Part shown: piece by piece, positions 20,691 to 31,215 of the stretch | Layout of the letters: each line of letters starts with the position of its first letter | How positions within the stretch are numbered: position 1 is the stretch's first letter | Assembly: GCA_963751455.1 (NCBI GenBank) | Contig: CAVVUN010000003.1 | Span: 96,001 to 160,000, forward strand | Source of the DNA: Nitrospirota bacterium | GTDB lineage: Bacteria; Nitrospirota; UBA9217 | Length of the DNA stretch: 64,000 nucleotides | Direction: 5' to 3' | Position numbers and translations under genes: made by a program | Notes under the pieces: generated by a model | Databases searched by the model: none | Seen by the model: the letters and a program-made list of their open reading frames with translations, nothing else | What the model was told of the DNA's origin: nothing

Positions 20691-20888
20691 ACATTCTCCG
20701 AATTGGGCTGAATCAGTTCTTATCTAGGCCACTCCACAGAATTCTGAAAGCTATTGACTCGATGCCAGGGCTTTTTATTATCGCAATATTCGGGCAATTG
20801 TTTTTTTAATGCGGTAAAACTGCTTCGCCTTTTTTCGTTCCTTCCACAAGAGCACAGGAATAATACTCGCAATCGATGCCGCTTCCGC

Positions 20889-23096
20889 TTAATCATCCAG
20901 GCTTCTGACAGTACCGTCCATGTTCTTGCGCACAAGCACTTCACGGGGTTTCGCGCCGTCAGCCGGGCCGACGATGCCGTCTTCCTGCATCATCTCGATC
21001 ATGCGGGCCGCGCGGTTGTAGCCGACCCGGAGCCTTCGCTGAAGGAACGATGTGGAGGCCTGGCCGTTCAACTGAACTAGCTCCACGGCGCGTGCATAGT
21101 GCTCGTCGCGCTCGCTGTCTTCAACCTCTGCAACCTTGGCCTCAACTATTTCCTTTGCCCGCTGCTGGAGAAGTTCATAGTTCGGTTTGCCCTGTTTTCG
21201 CACGAACTCCACGACGCGTTTGATCTCCGCTTCGGATACGTAGCACCCGTGGGCACGGACAAGGTGGGACGAACCCGGCGGCTGGAACAGCATGTCCCCC
21301 ATGCCGAGAAGGTTCTCGGCGCCGTTTGCATCGAGGATCGTGCGCGAGTCGGTCTTGGAGGAAACCTGGAACGATATTCTCGAAGGGAGGTTCGCCTTGA
21401 TCAGGCCGGTGATCACGTCCACGCTCGGCCGCTGGGTCGCAACGATCAAGTGGATGCCCGCTGCCCTGGCCATCTGCGCCAACCGCATGATCGAGTCCTC
21501 GACCTCGCGCGCCACGGTCATCATGAGGTCAGCGAGTTCGTCGATGATAACCACGATATAAGGGAGCCGCTCGGCCTCGGGCACTGCCTTGTTGTAGGAA
21601 TCGATGTTCTTGTTCCCCTTCTCGGCAAGCGTGCGGTATCTGCGCTCCATCTCCGCAACAATGGCCTTGAGCGTTTCCGCGGCTTTCTTGGGCTGGGTGA
21701 CCACAGGCGAAAGGAGATGCGGAATCCCTTCGTAGACCGACAGCTCAAGCATCTTCGGGTCGACCATCGCAAGCTTGACCTCGCTCGGCCTGGCATTGTA
21801 AAGGATAGCCAGGATGATGGAGTTAATGGCAACGCTCTTGCCTGATCCTGTCGCGCCCGCAACAAGCAGGTGGGGCATCTTGTCGATACTCGTTATCACC
21901 GACGCGCCGAAAATATCCTTGCCCAGCGGCACCTTGAGTTTCGATTTATTGGCGACATACTCAGGCGTCTCGAGGATCTGCCGGAAGTAGACCGTCTCAC
22001 GCGTGTTGTTCGGGACCTCTATGCCCACGGCTGCCTTGCCTGGAAGCGGAGCCACAATGCGCACGCTCGCCGCTTTCATGGCAAGCGCAAGATCATCGGC
22101 AAGATTCACGATCTTGCTTACTTTCACTCCCGGCGCGGGCTCGAACTCGAACATGGTGACGACCGGGCCGGGATACACCTGCGTTATCCGGCCCTGGATG
22201 TCGAAGTCCTGAAGCTTTCTTGCAAGAAGCTCGGACTGGGCAAACATGTCTTCTTTTGAAATCTTTTTCACGACAGGCGGTATGGGATCGAGCAGCTCTG
22301 CGGACGGAAGCTGGTACGCATCCTTGCCGTCCTTGCCGCCTTTCGTTTCCATGAAGTCGAATGTGGCCTGGACCTGTTTCGGTTTCGGCTGCTTCTCGGG
22401 CTTCAGCTCTTTCGCGGCCGCCGGCTGCTTCTGTGTGTCAACAATCTTCGGCGGCTCCTTCGGAAGCACAGGCCTTTGTTTCGCCTCCCGCGCCTTTTCC
22501 CTGCGGCCGCGGTAAATGGTGATGAGCATGCCAAACTGCTCCGACAGGCTTCCGTAAACTTCACGAAACCATGCAATGGCCTTGAGGGGAGAAAACGGCG
22601 TAAGCAGCATGAGAGAAACGGCAACAGCCGTGATCGTGATAATATACGCGCCGGTATCGGAGAATCCCGTGAGCAGAAGATAGGAAATAGCGCCGCCCAG
22701 CATGCCGCCTGACGGAATTTCTTCCTCGAAGAGGCGCACGGTCGTTGACTGGAGTCCGAAAAACGCTGCAGTGGAGAAAAAAAGTATGATGCCGCCGATC
22801 TTCTTCAGATGCGGGTGCACTGCCTCTCTGCCAAGGGCAAGGAAAACGGAGTACCCGAACAGGAAGAACGGCATGCAGTAAGCAGACAGGCCGAAGAGGC
22901 GCAGGAGCGCGTCGGAAAGATAGGCGCCGATAATGCCGATATGGTTCGCGATGCGGACGCCGTTTCCCGCGACGCTGAAGCAAGGGTCTGCCGGACTGTA
23001 CGAGACGAGGCTCAGAACAATCAAAAGCCCTGCCGCAAACAGAAGCAGCGCAACCATCTCGTTCCAGTGTTTATGTTTTTCAGCCGGTGCAGCCAT
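20889..23096 (-). CDS. ftsK: DNA translocase FtsK
   Basis: N-terminal TM domain; PHLLVAGATGSGKS; DPKMLEL; ARAAGIHL.ATQRPSVDVITG; gamma domain LQRRLRVGYNRAAR. Confidence 0.97.
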   Translation of the reverse strand: MAAPAEKHKHWNEMVALLLFAAGLLIVLSLVSYSPADPCFSVAGNGVRIANHIGIIGAYLSDALLRLFGLSAYCMPFFLFGYSVFLALGREAVHPHLKKIGGIILFFSTAAFFGLQSTTVRLFEEEIPSGGMLGGAISYLLLTGFSDTGAYIITITAVAVSLMLLTPFSPLKAIAWFREVYGSLSEQFGMLITIYRGRREKAREAKQRPVLPKEPPKIVDTQKQPAAAKELKPEKQPKPKQVQATFDFMETKGGKDGKDAYQLPSAELLDPIPPVVKKISKEDMFAQSELLARKLQDFDIQGRITQVYPGPVVTMFEFEPAPGVKVSKIVNLADDLALAMKAASVRIVAPLPGKAAVGIEVPNNTRETVYFRQILETPEYVANKSKLKVPLGKDIFGASVITSIDKMPHLLVAGATGSGKSVAINSIILAILYNARPSEVKLAMVDPKMLELSVYEGIPHLLSPVVTQPKKAAETLKAIVAEMERRYRTLAEKGNKNIDSYNKAVPEAERLPYIVVIIDELADLMMTVAREVEDSIMRLAQMARAAGIHLIVATQRPSVDVITGLIKANLPSRISFQVSSKTDSRTILDANGAENLLGMGDMLFQPPGSSHLVRAHGCYVSEAEIKRVVEFVRKQGKPNYELLQQRAKEIVEAKVAEVEDSERDEHYARAVELVQLNGQASTSFLQRRLRVGYNRAARMIEMMQEDGIVGPADGAKPREVLVRKNMDGTVRSLDD

Positions 23097-23097
23097 A

Positions 23098-23913
23098 TCA
23101 GAAACTCCACCCCCTCTGCCAGTAGAACGCAAGCACGAGCAGGCCGAATGCAATCCGGTAATACGCGAACCATGAAAAATCGTGACGTGATACGTACCCG
23201 AGGAATGCCTTAATCACGATCAGCGCCGAAAAGAACGAGGTCACAAATCCCACAAAAAAAAGCGGGATGTCCGAAGATGAAAGCGAGTGCAGGCTCTTAA
23301 GAAAATCGTATGCGGTCGCCGCAAACATTGTGGGAATCGAGAGGAAAAAGGAGAACTCAACCGCAACTCGCCTGTCGAAGCCCATTAAAAGGCCGCCCAT
23401 GATCGTGGCTCCCGAACGCGAAACACCGGGGAAGAGCGAAAGACACTGCGCGATTCCCGTTCCCAGTGCCTGTTTCGCGCTGACGCCTTCGACGTCCTTC
23501 ACGGATACGCGATGATGCATTCTTTCTATCAGCAGAATGGCCACCCCGCCCGCAATGAGCGCGCCTGCAACCGTGACGGGATTGAACAAATACGCCTTTA
23601 TGTACTTGTGGATCAGCAGGCCGAAAACCGCCGCTGGGAAGAATGCGATCATGACATTCACAACGAGCGAGCGCGCCTCTCTGCTGCCCGGAAGCCCCTT
23701 GATTGTTTCACCAAGCTTCGCGCGGTAAAGCCATACGACCGAAAGGATCGCGCCCAGCTGAATAAACACCTCAAAGACCTTTGCCTTCTCGTCGCTGAAC
23801 CCGAGCAGGTCGCCGGCAAGAATCAGGTGCCCTGTCGAGGATACAGGGATGAACTCGGTGATACCTTCCACGATCCCGAGAAAGAGAGCTTTAATCAGAA
23901 GAATTAAATCCAT
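23098..23913 (-). CDS. uppP: Undecaprenyl-diphosphate phosphatase
   Basis: LGIVEGITEFIPVSSTGHL; PGVSRSGATI; FAYYR. Confidence 0.97.
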   Translation of the reverse strand: MDLILLIKALFLGIVEGITEFIPVSSTGHLILAGDLLGFSDEKAKVFEVFIQLGAILSVVWLYRAKLGETIKGLPGSREARSLVVNVMIAFFPAAVFGLLIHKYIKAYLFNPVTVAGALIAGGVAILLIERMHHRVSVKDVEGVSAKQALGTGIAQCLSLFPGVSRSGATIMGGLLMGFDRRVAVEFSFFLSIPTMFAATAYDFLKSLHSLSSSDIPLFFVGFVTSFFSALIVIKAFLGYVSRHDFSWFAYYRIAFGLLVLAFYWQRGWSF

Positions 23914-24114
23914 AAATCCTTACCTTATATAAACGAGAAAAGTTTTTCGCCACAGAGGTCACCGAGAACACAGAGAAAAGCTTCGGTTATGAAACGTCAA
24001 ATGTGAGCTGGCTAACGTTAGCGCCTGTCAGTTTCATTCCGCAATCCGCCTGCGCCCCAGCGCTTACGAGTGCAGAGCGCGAGTGCAGGGGTGAAATCCA
24101 CATTCCGCAATGCG

Positions 24115-24573
24115 TCATCTGTGTCCGAACCATACCCCTGCCGCGACGCCGGAATAGCTTACCGTCAACAGGAACCAGTGCATTGCATTTATCATCCTGA
24201 GCGCCTTGTCCATATCGATCTTCTCCGGGTCTGCGAAGATTCTGGCGAATATCTTTCGCTCCGAAAGGAGGACCGCGGTATAAAGCCCCCATGCAACAAG
24301 CATGATCAGGATGCCTATCCCCCGCTTCTGGAGCAGAATGTCAAAACCGTATTTTGAATAAAGAATAGAGAAGCCGCTCAGGCCTACTATGGCCAGGAGC
24401 CACTTGACCATGCGCACGAACCGGTGCTCCACACCCTGGAACAGGAGAGCCTTTTCGAGTGATCCTTCTGTTCGGTACATCAAAGGGAAGATAACGGTAG
24501 TTACGAAAGTAACGCCGCCGATCCAGATGATGACTCCGGCGACGTGAATGATGAGAAGGAGGGTAAAAAACAT
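24115..24573 (-). CDS. Four-TM membrane protein (CopD/DUF2269-like)
   Basis: IHVAGVIIWIGG first helix; four hydrophobic segments. Confidence 0.6.
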   Translation of the reverse strand: MFFTLLLIIHVAGVIIWIGGVTFVTTVIFPLMYRTEGSLEKALLFQGVEHRFVRMVKWLLAIVGLSGFSILYSKYGFDILLQKRGIGILIMLVAWGLYTAVLLSERKIFARIFADPEKIDMDKALRMINAMHWFLLTVSYSGVAAGVWFGHR

Positions 24574-24675
24574 ATGTAAGCATTATTTCACAAAGCCTTC
24601 AGGATTTCAAGCCATTAATATTTGGCGTTCCGTAATTGACTATTGAACAGCCTGCTTTTATAATGAAGCAATTGT

Positions 24676-25590
24676 ATGCCCCTTTCTCGTTCGCCAAAAT
24701 ACAAGCTTATCGCAAACCCGGCTGCCGGCCGCGGAAGGTCGTCATCCATTATCTCCCGCATCACCGATAATTTTCAAAAAAGAGGCGCTGCGTTCGACCT
24801 TGAATTCACCCGGTCCGCAAAAGATGCAGCGAACATCGCCCGCAGATCGCTGGCCGGGTTCGACGTTATCATTGCCGTGGGCGGCGACGGCACCATCAAC
24901 GAAATTGTGCCCGCAATGCTCGAGTCTTCACGGCCGCTCGGGATCCTTCCCACGGGTTCCGGCAATGATTTTATCAAATCTCTGGGCATACCGAATAATA
25001 TTGAAAAAGCTGTCGATATCCTGTTCAGGGGAAAGACCAGCCGGATCGACGTGGGCCGGATCAACGGCCAATACTTTGCGAACGGCGTCGGAATCGGGTT
25101 CGACGCTGCCGTAAACCGGGCAAGCTACACGATCAATCATTCAAAGCGCGGACTTGCCCTGTACTTTCGCGCGTTGCTCAAGACCCTCGGAAAATTCAAG
25201 CCTGTGCCGATGAAAATAACTCTGAACGGAAAAACACTTCATGAAGAAATTTTTCTTCTGACCGTGGGCAACGGCACGACCGTGGGCGGAGGATTCAAGC
25301 TCACACCCCATGCCCGGATCGATGATGGGCTTCTCGATGTGACCCTCGTGAAACCGCTCGGAATTCCCCGGCTGCTCTGGCACCTCCCGAAGGTGTTTCT
25401 GGGAACGATCGACAGAGTAAAAAAATATGCGACGATGTTCAGGACCGAGAAGCTGCTTATCGAAGCCGAAGGACCCGTTCCTGTGCATATGGACGGCGAG
25501 ATTTTCGAGGAGAGCGGAAACCGGTTCGAGATTGAGATAGTGCCGAAGGCTCTTATGGTAATCGGCAATTTTACGACAGATAATCCTTAA
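24676..25590 (+). CDS. Diacylglycerol-kinase-family lipid kinase (YegS/DgkB-like)
   Basis: NPAAG, GGDGT, PTGSGNDF, GIGFDA, DDGLLDV, HMDGE. Confidence 0.93.
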   Translation: MPLSRSPKYKLIANPAAGRGRSSSIISRITDNFQKRGAAFDLEFTRSAKDAANIARRSLAGFDVIIAVGGDGTINEIVPAMLESSRPLGILPTGSGNDFIKSLGIPNNIEKAVDILFRGKTSRIDVGRINGQYFANGVGIGFDAAVNRASYTINHSKRGLALYFRALLKTLGKFKPVPMKITLNGKTLHEEIFLLTVGNGTTVGGGFKLTPHARIDDGLLDVTLVKPLGIPRLLWHLPKVFLGTIDRVKKYATMFRTEKLLIEAEGPVPVHMDGEIFEESGNRFEIEIVPKALMVIGNFTTDNP

Positions 25591-25600
25591 AAGAGCTGTG

Positions 25601-25729
25601 GGACATGGATAAAATCTGATTAACACGGATTTATCTAAACTTACAAGCTTTATGAGATTCACTCAAAAGGTGTTTTTTTTGTTCTGTGGCATTGTTTTAT
25701 ATCCGCTGTTTCCGTATTTATCCATGTCC
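25601..25729. repeat. 129-bp element bounded by a perfect 13-bp inverted repeat
   Basis: GGACATGGATAAA (25601-25613) and TTTATCCATGTCC (25717-25729), with an inner cggat/atccg pair. Confidence 0.6.
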
Positions 25730-26083
25730 GAAGGCCGTTTTTAGACATAATACGTGATTACCCTTCCCTCATTTTTTTCTCGTGATCTTCGTTACTATCC
25801 GCATTTGCAGCAGTAATTTAACTTATTATTTTTTCCGTTGTCCTCAAATCTCCATCCCGGGCAATTCCACGGTATACACAGTGTCGAAATTTTTACGCTT
25901 CGAGCTCCCCAATGAATTGTTTCCGACTTATTTAACTTGATTAATAAGCAACAAAAATAAATATGCTTGCTTTAACAAGAACTTCGCCTTCTAAATAAGA
26001 ATACGCGTGTGAGGTACTGATATTGCATTACTTTAGCCAGAACGATTCGAGCATGGTCCTGACAGCTCCGGCGAGGTTGGAAC

Positions 26084-28189
26084 ATGGGGGATACAAAAAG
26101 AGCAGTTCTGCTGATCGGATACGACAAAGCCGCCTCAACGCGAGAGATAATGGCGATGCTTGACGGTATGTTCACGGTAATGCAGGCAGATACCGTTGAT
26201 GACGCGGTGCTGCGGTTTGATAAACAACAGATATCTGCGCTCATCGTCGACATGGAGGCTGCAGGCAACGAGCAGGAAATTTTTCAGATAATTGAGAAGG
26301 GGTTCAAATCGATACCGGTGGTTGTGCTTTCAGATGAGAGCAATGAGGACCGCAGGACATCTGCGCTAAAATCAGGGGCATGCGATTATCTCGTAAAAGG
26401 CCGGTTAAATTCCGACCTGCTTCATCGCTCGCTTCTCTATGCTGCTGACCGCAGCCTGCTGGACAAGGCCCTCTCTCAAAGCCGGCGAAGATACAGACAG
26501 CTCCTGAATTCCGTGACGGATTATGTCTATACTGTACAGGTTGAGCACGGCAAGGCCGTTGGGACAACGCATGGTCCCGGCTGCGTCGCCCTTACAGGCT
26601 ATACATGCGATGAATATGCGGCCGACCCTCACTTGTGGTATCGCATGGTCCATGAGGATGACCGGCAGAGCGTGATGCAGCAGGCAGCCGATGTGCTTTC
26701 CGGGAAGGCGGTTGAACCCATTGAGCACAGGATCGTCCATAAGGACGGCAGATTACGATGGATTAAAAACACCGCAGTTCCGAACTGCGATGAATCAGGA
26801 CGGCTTGTATCGTACGATGGGCTGGCATCCGACATCACCGACCGCAAACTTGCGGAGCACAAACTCAGGCATGCCGCGTCGTATGACAGCCTGACGCATT
26901 TACCAAACCGGGAATTGTTCCGTGACCGGCTGCGCCAGGCACTCATTCAGGCCCACCGGCACAACACGCTGCTTTCAGTCATGTTCCTTGACCTTGACCG
27001 CTTTCAGGGCATCAATGACATGCTCGGCCATACCAGGGGCGATCAGGTCCTCAAGGACGTGGCCGACCGGCTGGCTGACTGCATCCGCAAGGGCGACACG
27101 ATCGCCCGCGTAGGGGGAGACGAATTCATCGTGTTGTGCACCGACATGGCGGACGCAAGAAACGCTGCAACACTCGCAAAAAAAATCCAGAACTCACTCT
27201 CCGAAATATTTATGGTTGACGGGCATGAATTTTTTATTACCGCAAGCATCGGTATCAGCATATTCCCGCAGGATGGCGACGACAGCGACACGCTGATCAA
27301 AAATGCCGATGCGGCCATGTACCAGGCCAGGTCGCAGGGAAGTAATTCCTGCCAATTTTATTCCTCAGCGATGAATGCGGAAACCCTCAAAAAACTGATA
27401 CTCGAAACCGACCTGCGAAAGGCTCTGGACCGGGAGGAATTCGTTCTCTACTATCAGCCGCTGATCGAGCTTTCGAGCGGCCGGATTACGGGCGCAGAGG
27501 CGTTGGTCCGCTGGCAACATCCCCGCTACGGCCTGCTGCAGCCGAACGAATTCATTTCCGTGGCCGAGGAAACAGGGCTTATCATCCCGATCGGGGACTG
27601 GACGCTCCGGACAGTCTGCAGCCAGGCCAGGGAATGGCAGAGGGACGACTTTTCAAACCGGCTGCGTCTGTCGGTAAATCTGTCGATGAGGCAATTCAGG
27701 AACAATGCCCTGATGGAAACGGTATTTCATGCACTGGAAGCATCTGATCTCGATCCACGGAATCTCGAACTCGAACTGACGGAAAGCACGATCATGCAGA
27801 ACGCCGAACAAACCATAGCTACGCTGCACCGGTTCAAATCAACCGGCATACAAATAGCGCTCGATGATTTCGGTACGGGGTATTCTTCATTAAGCTATCT
27901 GATAAACCTTCCCCTGAACAAGCTGAAGCTCGACCGGTCTTTCATAAGCGCTTTGTCAAAAGACAAGTCCAACGAGGCGATTTCAAAAGCGATCATCACG
28001 CTGGCGCACAACCTGGACTTGAAAGTGGTGGCGGAAGGGGTCGAAACAATCGAGCAGCTCGAATTGCTGCGTTTGCTGAAATGCGATGAAGTTCAGGGCT
28101 ATCTTTTCTGCAGGCCTGTGCCCCACGAGGAAATAACCAGGCTTTTACGGGAGGACGCGATTGGAACAGCTGACTTCTGCGCGGCATGA
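26084..28189 (+). CDS. REC-PAS-GGDEF-EAL diguanylate cyclase/phosphodiesterase
   Basis: Degenerate REC; PAS (VHEDDR, HKDGRLRWI); RKGD I-site and GGDEF; EAL, DDFGTGYSS, AEGVE. Confidence 0.93.
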   Translation: MGDTKRAVLLIGYDKAASTREIMAMLDGMFTVMQADTVDDAVLRFDKQQISALIVDMEAAGNEQEIFQIIEKGFKSIPVVVLSDESNEDRRTSALKSGACDYLVKGRLNSDLLHRSLLYAADRSLLDKALSQSRRRYRQLLNSVTDYVYTVQVEHGKAVGTTHGPGCVALTGYTCDEYAADPHLWYRMVHEDDRQSVMQQAADVLSGKAVEPIEHRIVHKDGRLRWIKNTAVPNCDESGRLVSYDGLASDITDRKLAEHKLRHAASYDSLTHLPNRELFRDRLRQALIQAHRHNTLLSVMFLDLDRFQGINDMLGHTRGDQVLKDVADRLADCIRKGDTIARVGGDEFIVLCTDMADARNAATLAKKIQNSLSEIFMVDGHEFFITASIGISIFPQDGDDSDTLIKNADAAMYQARSQGSNSCQFYSSAMNAETLKKLILETDLRKALDREEFVLYYQPLIELSSGRITGAEALVRWQHPRYGLLQPNEFISVAEETGLIIPIGDWTLRTVCSQAREWQRDDFSNRLRLSVNLSMRQFRNNALMETVFHALEASDLDPRNLELELTESTIMQNAEQTIATLHRFKSTGIQIALDDFGTGYSSLSYLINLPLNKLKLDRSFISALSKDKSNEAISKAIITLAHNLDLKVVAEGVETIEQLELLRLLKCDEVQGYLFCRPVPHEEITRLLREDAIGTADFCAA

Positions 28190-28480
28190 TGCATGCGCAG
28201 GCTAAAGCGACTCGACTGAGCTCGTCGAAGTCTCGCGCCGAGGTCTCGCCGAAGTCCTGCGGCTACCAAAACGTATAATATAAAATGCATCAAATCATGG
28301 CCAAAGGCCATACCACAAATTTAAAATTTCCACCCTGCACTCGTTTATGGCCGCGTTTTCGCAAGAGCGGGCTACGCTCATGCACAGCCTGCACTCGCGC
28401 TAAATCGCACTTATAAACACTGGCCGCAGGCTCGTAATCGCCGGGTGCAAGCAATTTGCAATCTGCAATTCTTTTCAGTT

Positions 28481-30961
28481 TTACCGTTTTACCGGCTTCA
28501 CCTGCCATATTCGCTCGGCATAATCCCTGACCGAGCGGTCGCTCGAAAATTTCCCCATGCCCGCGACATTCAGGATGGCCCTCCTGGTCCATTCCTCGGC
28601 ATCCCGGTACAGTATGTCGACACGGTCCTGTGACTCGATATAAGAAGCATAATCCGCGAGCAGCATAAAATGGTCTCCATACCCGGTTAGCGCGTCGAAG
28701 ACCGGACGAAAGAGCTGCGGTTCACCCGGAGAAAAATAGCCGTTGCCGATCATGTCAAGCGCCTGCCTGAGACCGGCGTTGCTGTTATAGATCTCCCACG
28801 GGTGGTATCCCCGTGCCCGGGCTGAAGCGACCTGGTCCGCGGTAAGTCCGAAAATAAAAATATTATCGTCCCCCACTTCCTCCTTGATTTCGATATTCGC
28901 ACCATCAAGGGTTCCGATCGTAAGCGCGCCGTTCAACGCAAGCTTCATATTGCCCGTGCCTGACGCCTCGGTGCCGGCAGTCGAGATCTGCTCGGAGAGC
29001 TCGCAGGCAGGGATGATCTTCTCCGCGTTTGAGACGTTGTAATCAGGCAGGAAGGCCACTTTGAGCAGGTTTCCGACAGCGGGATCGTTGTTCACGATAT
29101 CTGCAACGTTGTGGATGAGTTTGATGATGAGCTTGGCCATGGCGTAGCCGGGAGCCGCCTTGCCTGCGAAGATCACGGTCCTGGGGACAGGCTTGGGTCC
29201 CTGTTCCTCGCGGATCCGGTTATAGCGCGTGACGATATGCAGCACATTCAAAAGCTGACGCTTGTATTCATGAATACGCTTGATCTGGACATCGAACAGC
29301 GAGGCTTCATTCACCTCGATCCGGAGCCGCAGCTTTATAATCTCGGCAAGCCGCTCCTTGTTCATGCGCTTGAAAGCGCGGAACTGTTGCCGGAAGGTCG
29401 TATCCTCCGCAAGCGGCGACAGTTTCTTCAAGTCGGACAGCTCGCAGATCCATTCCTTCCCGATCGCGGACGTAATAAGAGACGACAGGCCCGGATTGCA
29501 CAGGTGGAGCCAGCGGCGGGGCGTAACGCCGTTCGTTATATTGATGATCTTGTCCGGGGTGAAGCGGTCGAAATCTTCGAAGATGGTCTTTCTCATGAGC
29601 TCGGTATGGATCATCGAGACCCCGTTCACGGTGTGGCTTCCGACTATCGCGAGGTGGGCCATCCGAAGCCGCCTTATGCCTGACTCGTCCACGATGGACA
29701 TGCGGCGTACGACGTCAGCGTTTCCGGGGTACCGGTGCCGCACCGCTTCAAGATGGCGAAAGTTGATCTCGTAGATTATCTGCAGATGTCTCGGCAGGAT
29801 CTCCTCGAAGAGGCTGACCGGCCATGTTTCGAGCGCTTCGGGCATCAGTGTATGGTTCGTATACGAGAAGGTTCGCCGGGTGATGTCCCAGGCTTCGTCC
29901 CATTCAAGGTGCTGGATATCGAGAAGGACGCGCATGAGCTCCGGTATCGCAATCGCCGGGTGGGTGTCGTTCAGCTGGATTGCCACTTTTTCCGGCAGCT
30001 CCTGGATACGCGGATGATACTTGATGAACCGCCTCAGAATGTCCTGCAGGGATGCGCACACGAAGAAGTACTGCTGCTTGAGCCTGAGCTCTCGGCCCAT
30101 CTCCGTCGTGTCGCTGGGGTACAGGACCTTCGAGAGGTTTTCGGATTCGTTCTTTTCCTCTACTGCCTTGATGTAATTGCCCTCGTTAAAGTATTTCAGG
30201 TTGAAATCGCGGGACGCCTTTGCGGACCAGAGCCTCATATTATTGACTGTGCTCGTATCGTACCCCGGAACCGGCGTGTCATACGCCATGGCCATGACGT
30301 CCTCGGTATCCACCCAGTGAAACCGCGCGCGGCCCGGTTCGTCCGTGACCCGCACCACTCTGCCGCCGAATTTGACGGGAAAGAGCACTTCGGGCCGGGG
30401 AAATTCCCAGGGGTTCCCGTACCTGAGCCAGCTGTCCGGATGCTCTACCTGCCATCCGTTCTCGATTCGCTGGGTGAACATTCCATAATCGTATCTGATG
30501 CCGTACCCGTATCCGGGCAGTGAAAGCGTTGCCATGGAGTCGAGAAAACAGGCGGCCAGCCTTCCAAGCCCGCCGTTTCCGAGCGCCGCGTCCTGCTCGA
30601 GTTCGCGGATACGGTCGAGTTCGAGCTCGAGTTCTCCAAGCGCATCGCTGCACTCGTGGTAGAATCCCATGTTGAGAAGGCTGTTGGCCAGAAGGCGGCC
30701 GGTCAGGAACTCCAGGGACAGATAGTAAACTCGTTTCGCATCGGACCGGTAATAGCTTCTCATGGTCTCCATCCAGCGCTCAATAAGACGTTCGCGGACC
30801 GAATAGGCCGTCGTATGGAACCAGTCGCGATATGTCGCAGTGATAGGATCCTTGCCGAGAGAATAAATAAGGCGGTTCGACAGAGAGCGCCTGAGCGAGG
30901 CTGAATCCTTGCCGAGTACGTCGTATTCAAAGTTTTGCATCTTGCTATGATTATCGGCCAT
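28481..30961 (-). CDS. glgP: Glycogen/starch phosphorylase
   Basis: LGNGGLGRLAACF; QLNDTHP; KRIHEYKRQ; EASGTGNMK PLP motif. Confidence 0.97.
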   Translation of the reverse strand: MADNHSKMQNFEYDVLGKDSASLRRSLSNRLIYSLGKDPITATYRDWFHTTAYSVRERLIERWMETMRSYYRSDAKRVYYLSLEFLTGRLLANSLLNMGFYHECSDALGELELELDRIRELEQDAALGNGGLGRLAACFLDSMATLSLPGYGYGIRYDYGMFTQRIENGWQVEHPDSWLRYGNPWEFPRPEVLFPVKFGGRVVRVTDEPGRARFHWVDTEDVMAMAYDTPVPGYDTSTVNNMRLWSAKASRDFNLKYFNEGNYIKAVEEKNESENLSKVLYPSDTTEMGRELRLKQQYFFVCASLQDILRRFIKYHPRIQELPEKVAIQLNDTHPAIAIPELMRVLLDIQHLEWDEAWDITRRTFSYTNHTLMPEALETWPVSLFEEILPRHLQIIYEINFRHLEAVRHRYPGNADVVRRMSIVDESGIRRLRMAHLAIVGSHTVNGVSMIHTELMRKTIFEDFDRFTPDKIINITNGVTPRRWLHLCNPGLSSLITSAIGKEWICELSDLKKLSPLAEDTTFRQQFRAFKRMNKERLAEIIKLRLRIEVNEASLFDVQIKRIHEYKRQLLNVLHIVTRYNRIREEQGPKPVPRTVIFAGKAAPGYAMAKLIIKLIHNVADIVNNDPAVGNLLKVAFLPDYNVSNAEKIIPACELSEQISTAGTEASGTGNMKLALNGALTIGTLDGANIEIKEEVGDDNIFIFGLTADQVASARARGYHPWEIYNSNAGLRQALDMIGNGYFSPGEPQLFRPVFDALTGYGDHFMLLADYASYIESQDRVDILYRDAEEWTRRAILNVAGMGKFSSDRSVRDYAERIWQVKPVKR

Positions 30962-31215
30962 GCAACCTCCCGGAAAATAACGCTATAAATTTTGGTTTAA
31001 TTGTACATGAAAAATGTCTCAGCGTGGGCTTTTTTTGTCATCAACGGGCTTCGTATCACATCGGAGAGAAGTAGTATTTTGTACATAAGTGTGGTTTTAT
31101 ACTACATTCCATTCTGCCGCGATAATTGCGTATGTACGAGTTTTTTATTCTGCCGGGCGTGAAACATGCGGCTCATATTGAATTGCACTCCCTGCTGTGC
31201 TATAGTGTTCTGTCT

